This document shows positions 1 to 9,982 of a stretch of 64,000 nt of DNA, one piece after another (position 1 is the first letter of the stretch; the number at the start of each line of letters is the position of its first letter). The translations under genes and the position numbers were made by a program. Under the pieces are notes generated by a model. It had not been told where the DNA came from and did no database searches. It saw only the letters and a program-made list of their open reading frames with translations. Origin of the DNA: Thiotrichales bacterium (GTDB lineage Bacteria; Pseudomonadota; Gammaproteobacteria; Francisellales; CACEW01); NCBI GenBank assembly GCA_947478175.1, contig CANJUQ010000001.1:129883-193882 (forward strand), in the 5' to 3' direction.

Positions 1-1178
1 TCGATTTCTGTCGATACTATGCGGCTGAATCTATTCGCCTCATGAGCACTCCTACTTTATTGCCGGGCCCAACCGGAGAAAAAAACCAGCTCTCTCTTCA
101 TGGTCGAGGGACTTTTGTTTGCATCAGCCCTTGGAACTTTCCACTCGCTATTTTTCTAGGCCAAATTACAGCTGCCCTCGCAGCCGGTAATACTGTCTTG
201 GCTAAACCGGCAGAACAAACGCCTTTGCTTGGATATTTCGCCATTCAGTTATTACACGAAGCCGGTGTTCCCAAAGAAGTAATCCAGTTTATTCCTGGCC
301 CTGGCGAAACCATTGGCGCGCAGCTCACCCAAAGCCCATTAATTTCTGGTGTGATTTTTACAGGCTCTAACGATACTGCTCGAAAAATTTCCCAAACTTT
401 GGCCAAAAATCCTGGCCCGATTCTCCCACTTATTGCTGAGACAGGCGGACAGAACTGCATGATCGTGGATTCAACGGCTTTACCAGAACAAGTCGTTCGC
501 GATGTTTTATCTTCAGCATTTGATAGTGCTGGCCAACGCTGTTCAGCCTTGAGAGTTTTATTTATCCAAGAAGAAGTCGCTGAAACTATCTTGACCATGC
601 TCCAAGGCGCTATGGCTGAACTCTCTATTGGCAACCCTGACTTGCTTTCTACGGATATTGGCCCCGTCATAGATGCTCAAGCAAAAGCTCAGCTAGAAAA
701 TCATGTGGCTCACATGAAACAAGAAGCCAAATTAATATTTGAACTGCCAATCCCTTCAGAATTCAAAGGGACTTTTGTATCCCCCACTGTTTTTGAAATC
801 AAACATATCAATCAGCTTAAACACGAAGTCTTTGGGCCGATCTTACATATCATTAGATATAAAGAATCAGAGCTAAATCAGGTCATCGACCAGATCAATA
901 GCACTGGGTTTGGTTTAACGTTTGGGATTCACAGTCGTATCAATGAAAAAGTCAAAGAAGTCACTCAAAAAATCCGTGCCGGTAATCTTTATATTAATCG
1001 CAATACTATTGGTGCGATTGTTGGAACACAGCCATTTGGAGGCGAGGGACTTTCAGGTACGGGATTCAAAGCCGGCGGCCCACACTACTTACTCAGGCTC
1101 ACCACAGAGCGCTGCATCAGCGAAGATACAACCGCCAGCGGCGGCAATACCAGCTTGATGTCATTGCAAGAAGAATAA
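1..1178 (+). CDS. putA: PutA (proline dehydrogenase / 1-pyrroline-5-carboxylate dehydrogenase), C-terminal aldehyde-dehydrogenase part; the 5' end lies outside the window
   Basis: The frame is open from base 3 (DFCRYYAAESIRL) ahead of the first Met at 42. ALDH-type motifs are present: FVCISPWNFPLAIF, ETGGQN, GQRCSA. Stop at 1176-1178. Confidence 0.85.
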   Translation, partial: DFCRYYAAESIRLMSTPTLLPGPTGEKNQLSLHGRGTFVCISPWNFPLAIFLGQITAALAAGNTVLAKPAEQTPLLGYFAIQLLHEAGVPKEVIQFIPGPGETIGAQLTQSPLISGVIFTGSNDTARKISQTLAKNPGPILPLIAETGGQNCMIVDSTALPEQVVRDVLSSAFDSAGQRCSALRVLFIQEEVAETILTMLQGAMAELSIGNPDLLSTDIGPVIDAQAKAQLENHVAHMKQEAKLIFELPIPSEFKGTFVSPTVFEIKHINQLKHEVFGPILHIIRYKESELNQVIDQINSTGFGLTFGIHSRINEKVKEVTQKIRAGNLYINRNTIGAIVGTQPFGGEGLSGTGFKAGGPHYLLRLTTERCISEDTTASGGNTSLMSLQEE

Positions 1179-1257
1179 CTGGAAACTTTACGGAAAATCG
1201 ACATTTTGCAGGTTTGCCGTAAAGCAGAAAGATGACCCTTTTAATAATTTTCTTTAT

Positions 1258-1279
1258 TTGTAACGCATTTGTGTTACAA
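1258..1279. promoter_or_regulatory. Candidate operator palindrome TTGTAAC-N8-GTTACAA upstream of dinJ/yafQ
   Basis: A perfect 7-bp inverted repeat lies about 30 bp upstream of the antitoxin start. Type II antitoxins usually autoregulate through such sites. Confidence 0.35.
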
Positions 1280-1305
1280 TTTAGGAAATTTACAGGGGAA
1301 TTTAT

Positions 1306-1572
1306 ATGAATAATAAAGCAGCGACTATCAATGCAAGAATTGAGCCCATGTTAAAACATAAGGCAGAGGCGATATTACACAAAGTTGGTTTATCTACCGC
1401 TGATGCGATCCGTATTTTTTATTCTCAAATTTGCCTTAATAATGGATTGCCATTTGAAGTGAAGCTTCCAAATGATGCCACTTTAGAGGCTATTCATGAG
1501 CTTGAATCTGGTCAGAGTCGTAAAAAATACGATTCAATGAAAGAATTATGGGATGACGTAGAAAGTGCTTAA
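1306..1572 (+). CDS. dinJ: RelB/DinJ-family antitoxin
   Basis: 88 aa. The N-terminus (INARIEPMLKHKAEAIL..GLSTADAIRIFY..GLPFEV) is typical of DinJ. It overlaps the downstream toxin by 8 nt. Confidence 0.8.
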   Translation: MNNKAATINARIEPMLKHKAEAILHKVGLSTADAIRIFYSQICLNNGLPFEVKLPNDATLEAIHELESGQSRKKYDSMKELWDDVESA

Positions 1573-1846
1573 GTTAGATCCGTCTACAAAATTTAAGAAA
1601 GATTTGAAAAAGATAAAAAAGCAAAACAAAGAAATAGAAAAACTTAATGGCGTTATAGAAACCCTGCAAAAAGAAAAGCCTTTAGATAAAAAATATAAAG
1701 ACCATGATTTGGTTGGTAACTGGAAAGGCTATAGAGAATGCCACATTACCCCAGATTGGCTTTTAATTTATAAAGTTTGTGGCGATGACGTTCGATTACT
1801 CAGATTAGCGCGAACCGGGTCACATTCTGAGTTGCTTAAGAAATAG
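1565..1846 (+). CDS. yafQ: YafQ/RelE-family mRNA interferase toxin
   Basis: 93 aa with a GTG start overlapping the dinJ stop. Motifs: KFKKDLKK...DHDLVGNWKGYRECHITPDWLLIY...RTGSHSEL. Confidence 0.8.
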   Translation: MLKLDPSTKFKKDLKKIKKQNKEIEKLNGVIETLQKEKPLDKKYKDHDLVGNWKGYRECHITPDWLLIYKVCGDDVRLLRLARTGSHSELLKK

Positions 1847-1884
1847 GTTTTCACTTCGTTTACCAAAAATATTCTGTTTTTTTA

Positions 1885-1916
1885 TTAATTAATCCCTAAT
1901 TTTACATATTTATAAT
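1885..1916 (+). promoter_or_regulatory. Candidate PmrA-type box plus -10 element
   Basis: TTAAT (1885-1889) and CTAAT (1896-1900) are 11 bp apart. TATAAT (1911-1916) starts 15 bp after the second repeat. Confidence 0.4.
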
Positions 1917-1949
1917 AACGGCATTATCATTCTATAAATGAGGCTACCA

Positions 1950-4900
1950 ATGTCAGGGTCAGGGTCAGGATTAGAAAGTAGAAACAGAAGCTATGCTTTT
2001 TATGAAGAGGCTGAATTTTCAGAACTAGAAAATCAAAAACCCTCTTTTTCAGATCCGATAGAAATTCATGCCAGATGGATTTTTCAGAATATTTTTATTC
2101 CCAAATTAAAAGGCATGGCTAGACCATTAACAGTACATGGATTACTTCATGCTTCTCGCGTCGCGCATTATATTCCGATGCTTTATCGTCTTTATCGAGG
2201 GATTGACCCCAGTCTCCCAGAGCTAACACCTGACGAAATCAAAGCAGCTCAACTGGCTGGTTTATTTCATGACATGGCCAGAGAAGATGATGGTGTAGAT
2301 CATTGGGATATACAGTCAGCTGAGATGGCCTATCAATATCTTTCTCAAAACATCGAAGAGCTACCTCTGGGCATGGCGGAATTCGTTGCCAACATTGCGG
2401 CCAATAAAGATGCCGTTGAAACAGGTGAGTCTCATAGAATTCAAGTGGGCATGGGCGCTGGCGGAGTTAGGTTTGACAAAGCCCCAAATAATTCTCTTGG
2501 TTTTGACAAAACTACCCAACAAAAATTTTTAGAAAGCTTGCTCCATGATGCCGATTGTTTAGACATCATGCGGTGTTGTAAAAGATTCGATACGGCCTAT
2601 CTACATATTTCCAAATTACCCGGGATGTATCCAGAATATTTGGGGTTGCTGAAAGATGCAGTGTTTCAACTGATTCACCTAGAAAAAGATCAGGCTTGGA
2701 CAGCACGTTCTTCTGATACGAGTCGCTACATTAGAAATCCAGACTGCTTCACCCAAGTTGCGGAAGATATTGAAAAGATCCCCGTTTTAAAATTATTGAC
2801 GCTTCCCTTGCCTCGTATTATTCCAAAACAATTTTTGGGTGAATTAAGAATGGATTACGACAATCCTATTCAATTTGAATATGAGTCCCAGGGACTTTTG
2901 GTGCGCGGGGTTGGAAGACAGGATAATTATTCCAATGCATTGAATATGCCTGATGGCACTTCTGAGACTCATTTAGATATTGAACTTAAGTTTGCCAGTA
3001 GCGAGGGTGGGAATACGAACCGTTGCGCCTCTCTTTTAGTGCCTGGTTTAATTCCAGTGCGGCCCCTGAACTTTATTTTAAAAAAAGATCCAAAGCGCAT
3101 TCATTTTATGAATTCAGAAGATGCAGATACAGGCTGGGGATCTAGGCTTCCTGCATTACTTTTTGCTTTTTTTCAAATTAAAAAAAATCATGGTGCTTCT
3201 GTTGCCCTAGATAAAAAACCGATTATTTCGCTTGAGGGGCTCTTGGAGGCAGGTTTAAAAGCTTTCCCTAGTTATCGAGATCCGTCTCAAAATTATCGGC
3301 ATAACGAACTTCACTTGGATTATGATTTATCGGATGTAGAAGGGGTTATGTATTCTACTGAACATATTTCTTCTTGTTTGGATCCTGCTCAGTGTTTTAT
3401 TCATAAATTAGAAGCAATAGTGGCTGTGTTAAAAATTCAAGAAATAACGGAACAGTCTCTAAAAATTTATGAATATCGAGGTATCACTGGGCAAGTGATT
3501 GAGAAATCACCTAGGGAATTTTCGCAGGATTATTTGTTGTCTGAAGCCCAATTGATTTTGGAAAGCCCTCGTTCTAATTCTTTTCAACCTCCCCTTCAAC
3601 TGAATGAAACTTTACAGAGATATTTTCCATCTTTGCAATCTTATATTTCAGGAATTTGGCGTGGATTTAAAGAGGATGAAATAAACAAGTCTATTGAGAA
3701 AATAGTGTTGATTGAAAAGCACTGCGGTATCTTTGGTAATCGTGAGTTTGCATTAAGTGGATTCAATCACGAGGTTGAAAATTTTTATAATTTTTTAAGT
3801 CCTTCACAGAAAAATAAGGTCGCACAGAAGGTTTTCGAACTTATTGATAAATACCTTCAAAACGGCTCTTTTCTCTTCCTTTCTCACGATCAAATTCAGT
3901 CTCTTTTAGATAAGGCTGACTTGAAAAAGTTGAGTTTTTTTGAGGATTTTCCTGCTGAAGCCACTCGAATTTTCCTACAGACTGTGATGAATTCAAATAT
4001 ATTAAGGCTAGATCTTTTGTCTGGATTGAATTTGATCAGATGGTTTGATTTGGTGAAGCATAATCTGAATCAGATGGATCAAGAAAACTTTCTTAACACC
4101 ATATCGATATGGTTGCAGCTAAAGGTAACAAAGAATGGAGTCTGCAATTTAAGAGAGGGAACTTTAGCGGTGCTCTTTAAATTATTTTCAGAAAACGTGA
4201 TCGGCCTTTTTTTCGCTAACAATTTTTCTTTTGATAATCCGCATGACCAATCAGGGATTAGCTTAATTTTGAGTTGTGTCACAAAGGACAGAGAAGCTTT
4301 TTTCAAGATGTTTCTTCAGTGTTTTAATTTTAATGCTCGGGGGGCGCTTGGATCTATTCTTCGTAACGCTCCTCATCAGCTAAGAAAGCCAGAGCTCTCA
4401 TCTGCCACCACCAACCCTCTTTTCTTCAAGCTACATGAAGGTACAAAGCTGCTCTTTGTTTTAGCTAAATCTGAACACTGTTCTGCTGAATATCTTGAGC
4501 ATGAAATTCAAGCGTTTTTACATTCTTTTAACACTTATCCATTAATCTTAAAAGATTTGATTTCTATTTGGGATCTTCCCATGAGAGAAGCCGCATCGCT
4601 GGACCGTATCCGGGAAGATCTTATTGTTCATTTTGAGAAACTCTATATTCAACCAGATGTTTTAGATTGGTTGATATCTAACCCTTCAGATAGCCGAGAA
4701 TTACTAAAATTTCTCAATTGTGTTGCCGAGATAAATCTTGAGCGCGCTTCTGTTTTAAGGGGGAAAATGGCCACTGCTTTGATAGCGAGATGTGATTGGC
4801 TTGAAAGCAGAATTAGGAATTGGATTGAATTATTACAGGGTCCACTGGTCATCGCATCTGAGGAAACGCAACCTCTTTTTGTTGATGGTCTGTTATTGAC

Positions 4901-5156
4901 AGCAATGACAACAGCATTGATGGACACATTCAGAAAAGCACTTGAACACCGCTGTAGATTATTGTTGCCTGGCGCAACGATGGACAAGAGTTCTTTAAGA
5001 GCCTTTAGAGCAATTATTGATTTAGTCCCAGAGAGATTTAGAACGCCATTATTGGAAGAATTTTTCCCGGCTAATCCAGTTCATGCCGCTCATGCGTTTT
5101 ACTCAGTCAGTGCTGCAAGTGCTACGCCCCAAGCGGCTTTGTCTTCAGCAATTTAA
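1950..5156 (+). CDS. Large hypothetical protein (~1068 aa) with an N-terminal HD-like phosphohydrolase motif set; secreted-effector candidate
   Basis: Long uninterrupted ORF. GAGG sits 6 nt before the ATG at 1950 (an in-frame ATG also occurs at 1938). The motifs HGLLHASRVAHY ... GLFHDMARED ... LLHDADCLDIMR fit the H..HD..D pattern. I recognised nothing in the rest. The C-terminal tail is rich in small residues (SVSAASATPQAALSSAI). Confidence 0.6.
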   Translation: MSGSGSGLESRNRSYAFYEEAEFSELENQKPSFSDPIEIHARWIFQNIFIPKLKGMARPLTVHGLLHASRVAHYIPMLYRLYRGIDPSLPELTPDEIKAAQLAGLFHDMAREDDGVDHWDIQSAEMAYQYLSQNIEELPLGMAEFVANIAANKDAVETGESHRIQVGMGAGGVRFDKAPNNSLGFDKTTQQKFLESLLHDADCLDIMRCCKRFDTAYLHISKLPGMYPEYLGLLKDAVFQLIHLEKDQAWTARSSDTSRYIRNPDCFTQVAEDIEKIPVLKLLTLPLPRIIPKQFLGELRMDYDNPIQFEYESQGLLVRGVGRQDNYSNALNMPDGTSETHLDIELKFASSEGGNTNRCASLLVPGLIPVRPLNFILKKDPKRIHFMNSEDADTGWGSRLPALLFAFFQIKKNHGASVALDKKPIISLEGLLEAGLKAFPSYRDPSQNYRHNELHLDYDLSDVEGVMYSTEHISSCLDPAQCFIHKLEAIVAVLKIQEITEQSLKIYEYRGITGQVIEKSPREFSQDYLLSEAQLILESPRSNSFQPPLQLNETLQRYFPSLQSYISGIWRGFKEDEINKSIEKIVLIEKHCGIFGNREFALSGFNHEVENFYNFLSPSQKNKVAQKVFELIDKYLQNGSFLFLSHDQIQSLLDKADLKKLSFFEDFPAEATRIFLQTVMNSNILRLDLLSGLNLIRWFDLVKHNLNQMDQENFLNTISIWLQLKVTKNGVCNLREGTLAVLFKLFSENVIGLFFANNFSFDNPHDQSGISLILSCVTKDREAFFKMFLQCFNFNARGALGSILRNAPHQLRKPELSSATTNPLFFKLHEGTKLLFVLAKSEHCSAEYLEHEIQAFLHSFNTYPLILKDLISIWDLPMREAASLDRIREDLIVHFEKLYIQPDVLDWLISNPSDSRELLKFLNCVAEINLERASVLRGKMATALIARCDWLESRIRNWIELLQGPLVIASEETQPLFVDGLLLTAMTTALMDTFRKALEHRCRLLLPGATMDKSSLRAFRAIIDLVPERFRTPLLEEFFPANPVHAAHAFYSVSAASATPQAALSSAI

Positions 5157-5488
5157 TTAATACTTTTAACCAACGGCGCCAATTCGCCCTTGGCATGCAT
5201 CTCCGTCAAAATATCGCAGCCTCCAACCAACTCACCCTTCACCCATAACTGGGGAAATGTCGGCCAATTAGCCATCTTGGGTAATATCGCTCGAATCTCT
5301 GGGTTGGTTAAAACATCCACGCTCGCAAATTCCACACCACACTCAGATAGACATTTAATAGCCTGAGCTGAAAACCCACAGTGGGGCTGCCTAGGTGTTC
5401 CTTTCATATAAAGAATAATTGGGTTTTGTGCGATCTGATCTTTGATTTTTTGTTCAATCGTTTGAATTTCTTGCTGTGTCATATTCAT
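5153..5488 (-). CDS. grxD: Monothiol glutaredoxin (Grx4 family)
   Basis: 111 aa with the CGFS active site (PHCGFSAQAIK) and WPTFPQLWVKGELVGGCDI. Confidence 0.9.
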   Translation of the reverse strand: MNMTQQEIQTIEQKIKDQIAQNPIILYMKGTPRQPHCGFSAQAIKCLSECGVEFASVDVLTNPEIRAILPKMANWPTFPQLWVKGELVGGCDILTEMHAKGELAPLVKSIN

Positions 5489-5521
5489 TAAAATTAATCC
5501 TCTATTTATTTAATTTAAAAA

Positions 5522-6748
5522 TTATAAAATTCCCAAAATCCCACCCATCAGGCCAAATACAGCTGTTACGCCTAAGACAACCCCAACAAAACAGGCGTAT
5601 TTCCCAGAAAGTTTAAATTCTTGTGGTAACGCTTTTCGGGCCAGTAAAAATAAAAACCCTAGAACAATAGGCAGCAACATGGCATTCATGACTTCAACGC
5701 CCACGCTGAGATTAACTAGATTAATCACCCCTGAAGCCACAATCGCTCCACCTGCGATTAAAGACAGTGTGTAAATACTATAAAACCAAGGGGCTTCATG
5801 AACTTTATGCTCTAACGAACGCTTATACCCCGTCACTTCGCCCAAGCTCCAAGCCGCCGTCAAAGAAACCACAATGGCTGCCACTAAAGAAGCCCCCATC
5901 ATGCCCATCGCAAAAAATAATTTACCGGCTGTTGAGCCCAAGAATGGCGTCAGCGCATCCGTAATTTGATGGACCGTATTTAACGGCATATTGGGATTTG
6001 TTTTGCCAATAGTTGCTGCGGTCGTAATCAAAACAGCTGCGACGACTAACTGTGTAATTACCGCACCGATGGCCGTATCAATACGAGCCGCTCTGAGATG
6101 TTTAATATTTAATTTTTTATCGACGACCGCAGACTGCTGATAAAAAATCATCCACGGCATAATGACCGCGCCAATATTGCCAGCCGTCAGATATAAAAAA
6201 TCGGTATTTTGATAGGGGATATTCACTAATCCTTCTTTAATTTCTTGCATAGACGGATGTGCCATCCAAGCCACGACTAAGAAAATTAATTCAAAAGCCC
6301 CCAGACAAATGGCAATTCTTTCAATGGCTAAATAAGACCCTGTCCAGGCAATCGTAATTAAAAAACCAATGACCAAAATCATCGTGATCCAAGGCGGAAC
6401 ACCCACCATCATGCCCACGCCAGCCATGCCACTGAATTCGCTAATAATGGCCCCAACACAAGAAACTAATAACGTCGAAATAGAAAACCAGGCCCAGGCC
6501 TTACCAAATTTTTCCCGAATCAATTCACCATGGCCTTTTTGAGTGACCAAGCCCAATCTGACCGTTAGTTCTTGGGCAATAAATAAAATGGGCATCAAAA
6601 TAAATTGTAAGGCTAATAATTTATAACCCCAGATCGCTCCACTTTGCGCTGCCAGAATCACACTCCCAGCGTCTGTATCCGCAAACATGACAACTAAGCC
6701 AGGTCCAATGACAGCAAGAGACAGCAGAAAAGCACTTTTATTTTTCAT
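5522..6748 (-). CDS. mntH: NRAMP-family divalent metal (Mn2+/Fe2+) transporter
   Basis: 408 aa, polytopic. N-terminus GPGLVVMFADTDAGSV...QSGAIWGYKLL...AQELTVRLGLVTQKG is typical of NRAMP/MntH. Confidence 0.85.
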   Translation of the reverse strand: MKNKSAFLLSLAVIGPGLVVMFADTDAGSVILAAQSGAIWGYKLLALQFILMPILFIAQELTVRLGLVTQKGHGELIREKFGKAWAWFSISTLLVSCVGAIISEFSGMAGVGMMVGVPPWITMILVIGFLITIAWTGSYLAIERIAICLGAFELIFLVVAWMAHPSMQEIKEGLVNIPYQNTDFLYLTAGNIGAVIMPWMIFYQQSAVVDKKLNIKHLRAARIDTAIGAVITQLVVAAVLITTAATIGKTNPNMPLNTVHQITDALTPFLGSTAGKLFFAMGMMGASLVAAIVVSLTAAWSLGEVTGYKRSLEHKVHEAPWFYSIYTLSLIAGGAIVASGVINLVNLSVGVEVMNAMLLPIVLGFLFLLARKALPQEFKLSGKYACFVGVVLGVTAVFGLMGGILGIL

Positions 6749-6869
6749 GGGGTTATATTTTTCCTAAATTATTTTTCCGCCAGAAATTTTGACGCAGGGT
6801 CCTCTTTAATGATCCAATCCGCGCCCTTATTTATCCCGCGGGATTATTCCTTCAGAGAGGCTGTTGTCA

Positions 6870-7592
6870 ATGAAAATAAACATGCAAATAAACGCTACCC
6901 ACCCCACAAAACCTAAAGCTGTCATTTTATTATCAGGCGGATTAGACAGTCTGACCTGTCTAGCTCTGGCTCAAAGCCAAGGTTATGAAGTTTTCACCCT
7001 TAATTTTGACTATGGGCAGAAACATCACGCTGAACTTCAAGCCTCCCAAAAAATAGCCGCGCATTATGGCGTCTCTCATCGAATTATTAATATTCAAGAT
7101 CTAGGCCAAATGGGCGGTTCAGCCCTGACAGATAAAAAAATCTCAGTCCAAGATCACATCAACTCTTCTGATATTCCTAATACTTATGTCCCGGCTAGAA
7201 ATCTCATTTTTTTATCTATCGCGACGGCTTATGCCGAAGTACTTGGGGCAGAAGCTATTTTTATTGGTGTGAGTTCAGTCGATTATTCTGGCTATCCCGA
7301 TTGCCGACCTGAGTTTATTAATGCTTTTTCAGAAGTGATTAAAACAGGAACTAAAGCTGGCGTAGAAAATCATGGCACTCAAATCAAAGCACCTCTTTCT
7401 TATTTATCTAAAGCTGAAACGATTGCTCTGGGTTTATCTTTAGGCGTGGATTATTCCATGAGCGTTTCTTGCTATCGCGCCAATGATCTAGGCGAAGCCT
7501 GTGGATCTTGTGATAGCTGTACGTTTAGAAAAAATGGTTTTGAATCTTTGCGGGTTTTAGATCCAACGCGTTATGTGCTTAATTTAATTTGA
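6870..7592 (+). CDS. queC: 7-cyano-7-deazaguanine synthase
   Basis: PP-loop [10 protein letters not shown], the motif [13 protein letters not shown], and a C-terminal Cys cluster CGSCDSC. I prefer the ATG at 6870 to the TTG at 6864. Confidence 0.9.
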   Translation: MKINMQINATHPTKPKAVILLSGGLDSLTCLALAQSQGYEVFTLNFDYGQKHHAELQASQKIAAHYGVSHRIINIQDLGQMGGSALTDKKISVQDHINSSDIPNTYVPARNLIFLSIATAYAEVLGAEAIFIGVSSVDYSGYPDCRPEFINAFSEVIKTGTKAGVENHGTQIKAPLSYLSKAETIALGLSLGVDYSMSVSCYRANDLGEACGSCDSCTFRKNGFESLRVLDPTRYVLNLI

Positions 7593-8392
7593 TACCCTGC
7601 AAAATTCCGGGCATTGATCACCCCAGACTCAAAAATCAAATACTGGCCCTTGACCCCCATCAAGACACCTTCAATCAAATTTGTTTTATCTAACGAAAGA
7701 GAACTAATTTTTTCAGGGTATTTAATCACGGGGTAATTAATTAAAACTTCTTCTGAATCTAAAAAATCTAAAAATCCAATCTCTAATTTTTCTAACTCTG
7801 GATTAGCTTGTTCAAATAATTCATCTCTCAAAACAGGCAAATTAATTTTTTCTGCTTCGCCTTTTAACATTTTTCTCCAATTAGTCTTATCAGCAACGTA
7901 CTGAGCCAGAATAATTTCGACTAAGCCTGACAATCTCCGAGAAGACACTTTTAAGATAGGCAATGCTTGAGTTGCGCCCTGATCAATCCAGCGTGATTTA
8001 TTTAAAATATTTTTCTGTCTCGTGATTCCCACTTTAAGCCCAGAAGAATTAGCCAAATAAACCACATGCTCTTGTAGACAATTGGCCTGACCCCATGCGG
8101 GCTCACGGCATGTTCCCAAATGAAAATGACAACGTTCTGGCCTCACAATACAAAGATCACACTGAGCTAATTTTTGCGTACAGGGGAAACAATAGCCCTG
8201 TTGAAAAGCTTTATTAATTAACCGATGGCAGGCCACGCAGTGAATAATCCCGAGATGCTCCAAAGTAATTTTTTGGCCTATTAAATTATTTAAATTAATT
8301 AATTGGCCGTCTAACGGCAGCGCATAAGAAACTAGATTCTGGGAATCTAAAATGCCGATTAATTTTTCTGATTTACCTTGGTGTGTTGTCAA
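7571..8392 (-). CDS. DUF2797-family Cys-rich protein
   Basis: 273 aa with the Cys/His cluster [34 protein letters not shown] followed by GLKVGITR. Its 3' end overlaps the queC 3' end by 22 nt (convergent). Confidence 0.65.
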   Translation of the reverse strand: MTTHQGKSEKLIGILDSQNLVSYALPLDGQLINLNNLIGQKITLEHLGIIHCVACHRLINKAFQQGYCFPCTQKLAQCDLCIVRPERCHFHLGTCREPAWGQANCLQEHVVYLANSSGLKVGITRQKNILNKSRWIDQGATQALPILKVSSRRLSGLVEIILAQYVADKTNWRKMLKGEAEKINLPVLRDELFEQANPELEKLEIGFLDFLDSEEVLINYPVIKYPEKISSLSLDKTNLIEGVLMGVKGQYLIFESGVINARNFAGYQIKLST

Positions 8393-9982
8393 TCAATCAT
8401 CCCCACCCATCAAATTTTTCAAACTATTGGCCAGACTATCAATGGTCTTTTGGACAGGCACTGATTTAACTAATTCTGCCGGCGAAGTCAGCGTCTTAAC
8501 GATTTTTTTCTGTAATTGATTAAATAAATCTGTCATATCAACCCCAGCATGAATATCTGAAAAAGGCCCCTGGATTAAAATTTTTATAATCAAATTATTG
8601 GGATCTTCAGGCATCAGAAAAGCAAAAATTTGGTAGTCCACTGTTTCAAGGTTTAAATCAATAGTTCCTGAGCCTTTGGCCTGTAACGTTGGCCCCATCA
8701 AATCCAAATTATTATTTTGAATCACACCATTTTTGACTTGAGCTTCATAAACAAAATGCCCTAAGTCAGTCTCTTGACCATTGTTAGGATTAATCTGTCT
8801 GTCTTCTCCCGATTTCGAAAAATCAGGCAAAGCTTTTTTCAGACCATTAAATGCATCCCCTATGGGAGTTCCTTCAATCAAACCATGAGTCACATGACTG
8901 ACGGCATTTAACATGCTGCCCAGATCAATCCCTTTCAGAACCAAATTGGCAATATCTGCATGAATTGTCCCGTTAAGCGTTGATGGCACTTGCGATGGTT
9001 CTAGCCCCGCCAAGTGCAAATTAAAATTTAAAGTCGTTGCTCCCAGTAATAACTGAGCCCCATGAAGGTTTGCATAATCAGCAATATCAATCTGATCCAA
9101 CATCCAACTGCCCTGGATATGGGGCGCATTAAAATCCTGAATGACCAGATGGCCGGTTAAATTCGAATGATTAATTTTTGCGTTTAAATTTTGTAAATCA
9201 AAATTATCTTGAGTCAGCTTGATATCCGCCTGAGCTTGCAAATTAATTGTCAGTGACATGGCCTGACTATTAGGAATATTGGAAACATTGGGAGCTGCAG
9301 GCTTATTAAAAATTAAATTTAAAACAACGGGAAAAGCTTGACCTAACGCCAAATGATTTCCCGTAAAGTTAAATCCAGTGATGGACCAGTTTTGACTAGG
9401 TGCTATTCCCTCGAAATTAATTTGTGCATTTTTAATCACTAGATTATCAACGCTGATCTCCATGGGGATTTCAGGGCTCGCCTGAGTATTTGAATTATCT
9501 TTATTTTCTTTGTTTTCTTTGGGGTGAACATGTATTTGCGAAATCTGGGGTTTAGAGCCAGAGCCAGAATTAGAAACAGACTCAAACGTCCAATTATTGG
9601 CTATCTCAGAATGCTGAATTAAATCGACGGACAGGCCGCTAATAGACAAAGTATTAATTTCAATTTTTTTCTGGAACAAAGCCAAAGGATCTAACCATAA
9701 ACTGGCAGAGTCTATTTTTATAAAAGACTTGTCTGTTGGGTATCCCACAGGATTTTGAATACTCACCGCACCTAAATTAAAACCAAGAGACGGAAAAATT
9801 TTCCAATGAATATCCCCTGAAATAACCAGGGTTCTGTTTGTATTTTTTAAAAAAGCTTGTTCAATATTATTTTTATAGTCATTGGGGTTAATTAAATTAA
9901 CCAAAGCAATCACTGCAATAATAATTAATAAGATTAAAACCAATACAAAATAAATCAGGCCCTTTATTACTTTCCAGATCAC
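8393..9982 (-). CDS. AsmA-family outer-membrane biogenesis protein
   Basis: 529 aa. An N-terminal TM anchor is followed by a long beta-rich Asn/Gln-rich body, as in AsmA. It abuts its neighbours with no gap. Confidence 0.65.
   Translation of the reverse strand: MIWKVIKGLIYFVLVLILLIIIAVIALVNLINPNDYKNNIEQAFLKNTNRTLVISGDIHWKIFPSLGFNLGAVSIQNPVGYPTDKSFIKIDSASLWLDPLALFQKKIEINTLSISGLSVDLIQHSEIANNWTFESVSNSGSGSKPQISQIHVHPKENKENKDNSNTQASPEIPMEISVDNLVIKNAQINFEGIAPSQNWSITGFNFTGNHLALGQAFPVVLNLIFNKPAAPNVSNIPNSQAMSLTINLQAQADIKLTQDNFDLQNLNAKINHSNLTGHLVIQDFNAPHIQGSWMLDQIDIADYANLHGAQLLLGATTLNFNLHLAGLEPSQVPSTLNGTIHADIANLVLKGIDLGSMLNAVSHVTHGLIEGTPIGDAFNGLKKALPDFSKSGEDRQINPNNGQETDLGHFVYEAQVKNGVIQNNNLDLMGPTLQAKGSGTIDLNLETVDYQIFAFLMPEDPNNLIIKILIQGPFSDIHAGVDMTDLFNQLQKKIVKTLTSPAELVKSVPVQKTIDSLANSLKNLMGGDD

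Noticed and set aside
6749-6863. A riboswitch in the divergent mntH/queC intergenic region (preQ1 for queC, or yybP-ykoY-type Mn2+ for mntH).
   Set aside because: I see only a bulged hairpin (ATCCGCG...CGCGGGAT). I could not recognise the conserved cores of either riboswitch class by eye. A covariance-model scan is needed to settle it.
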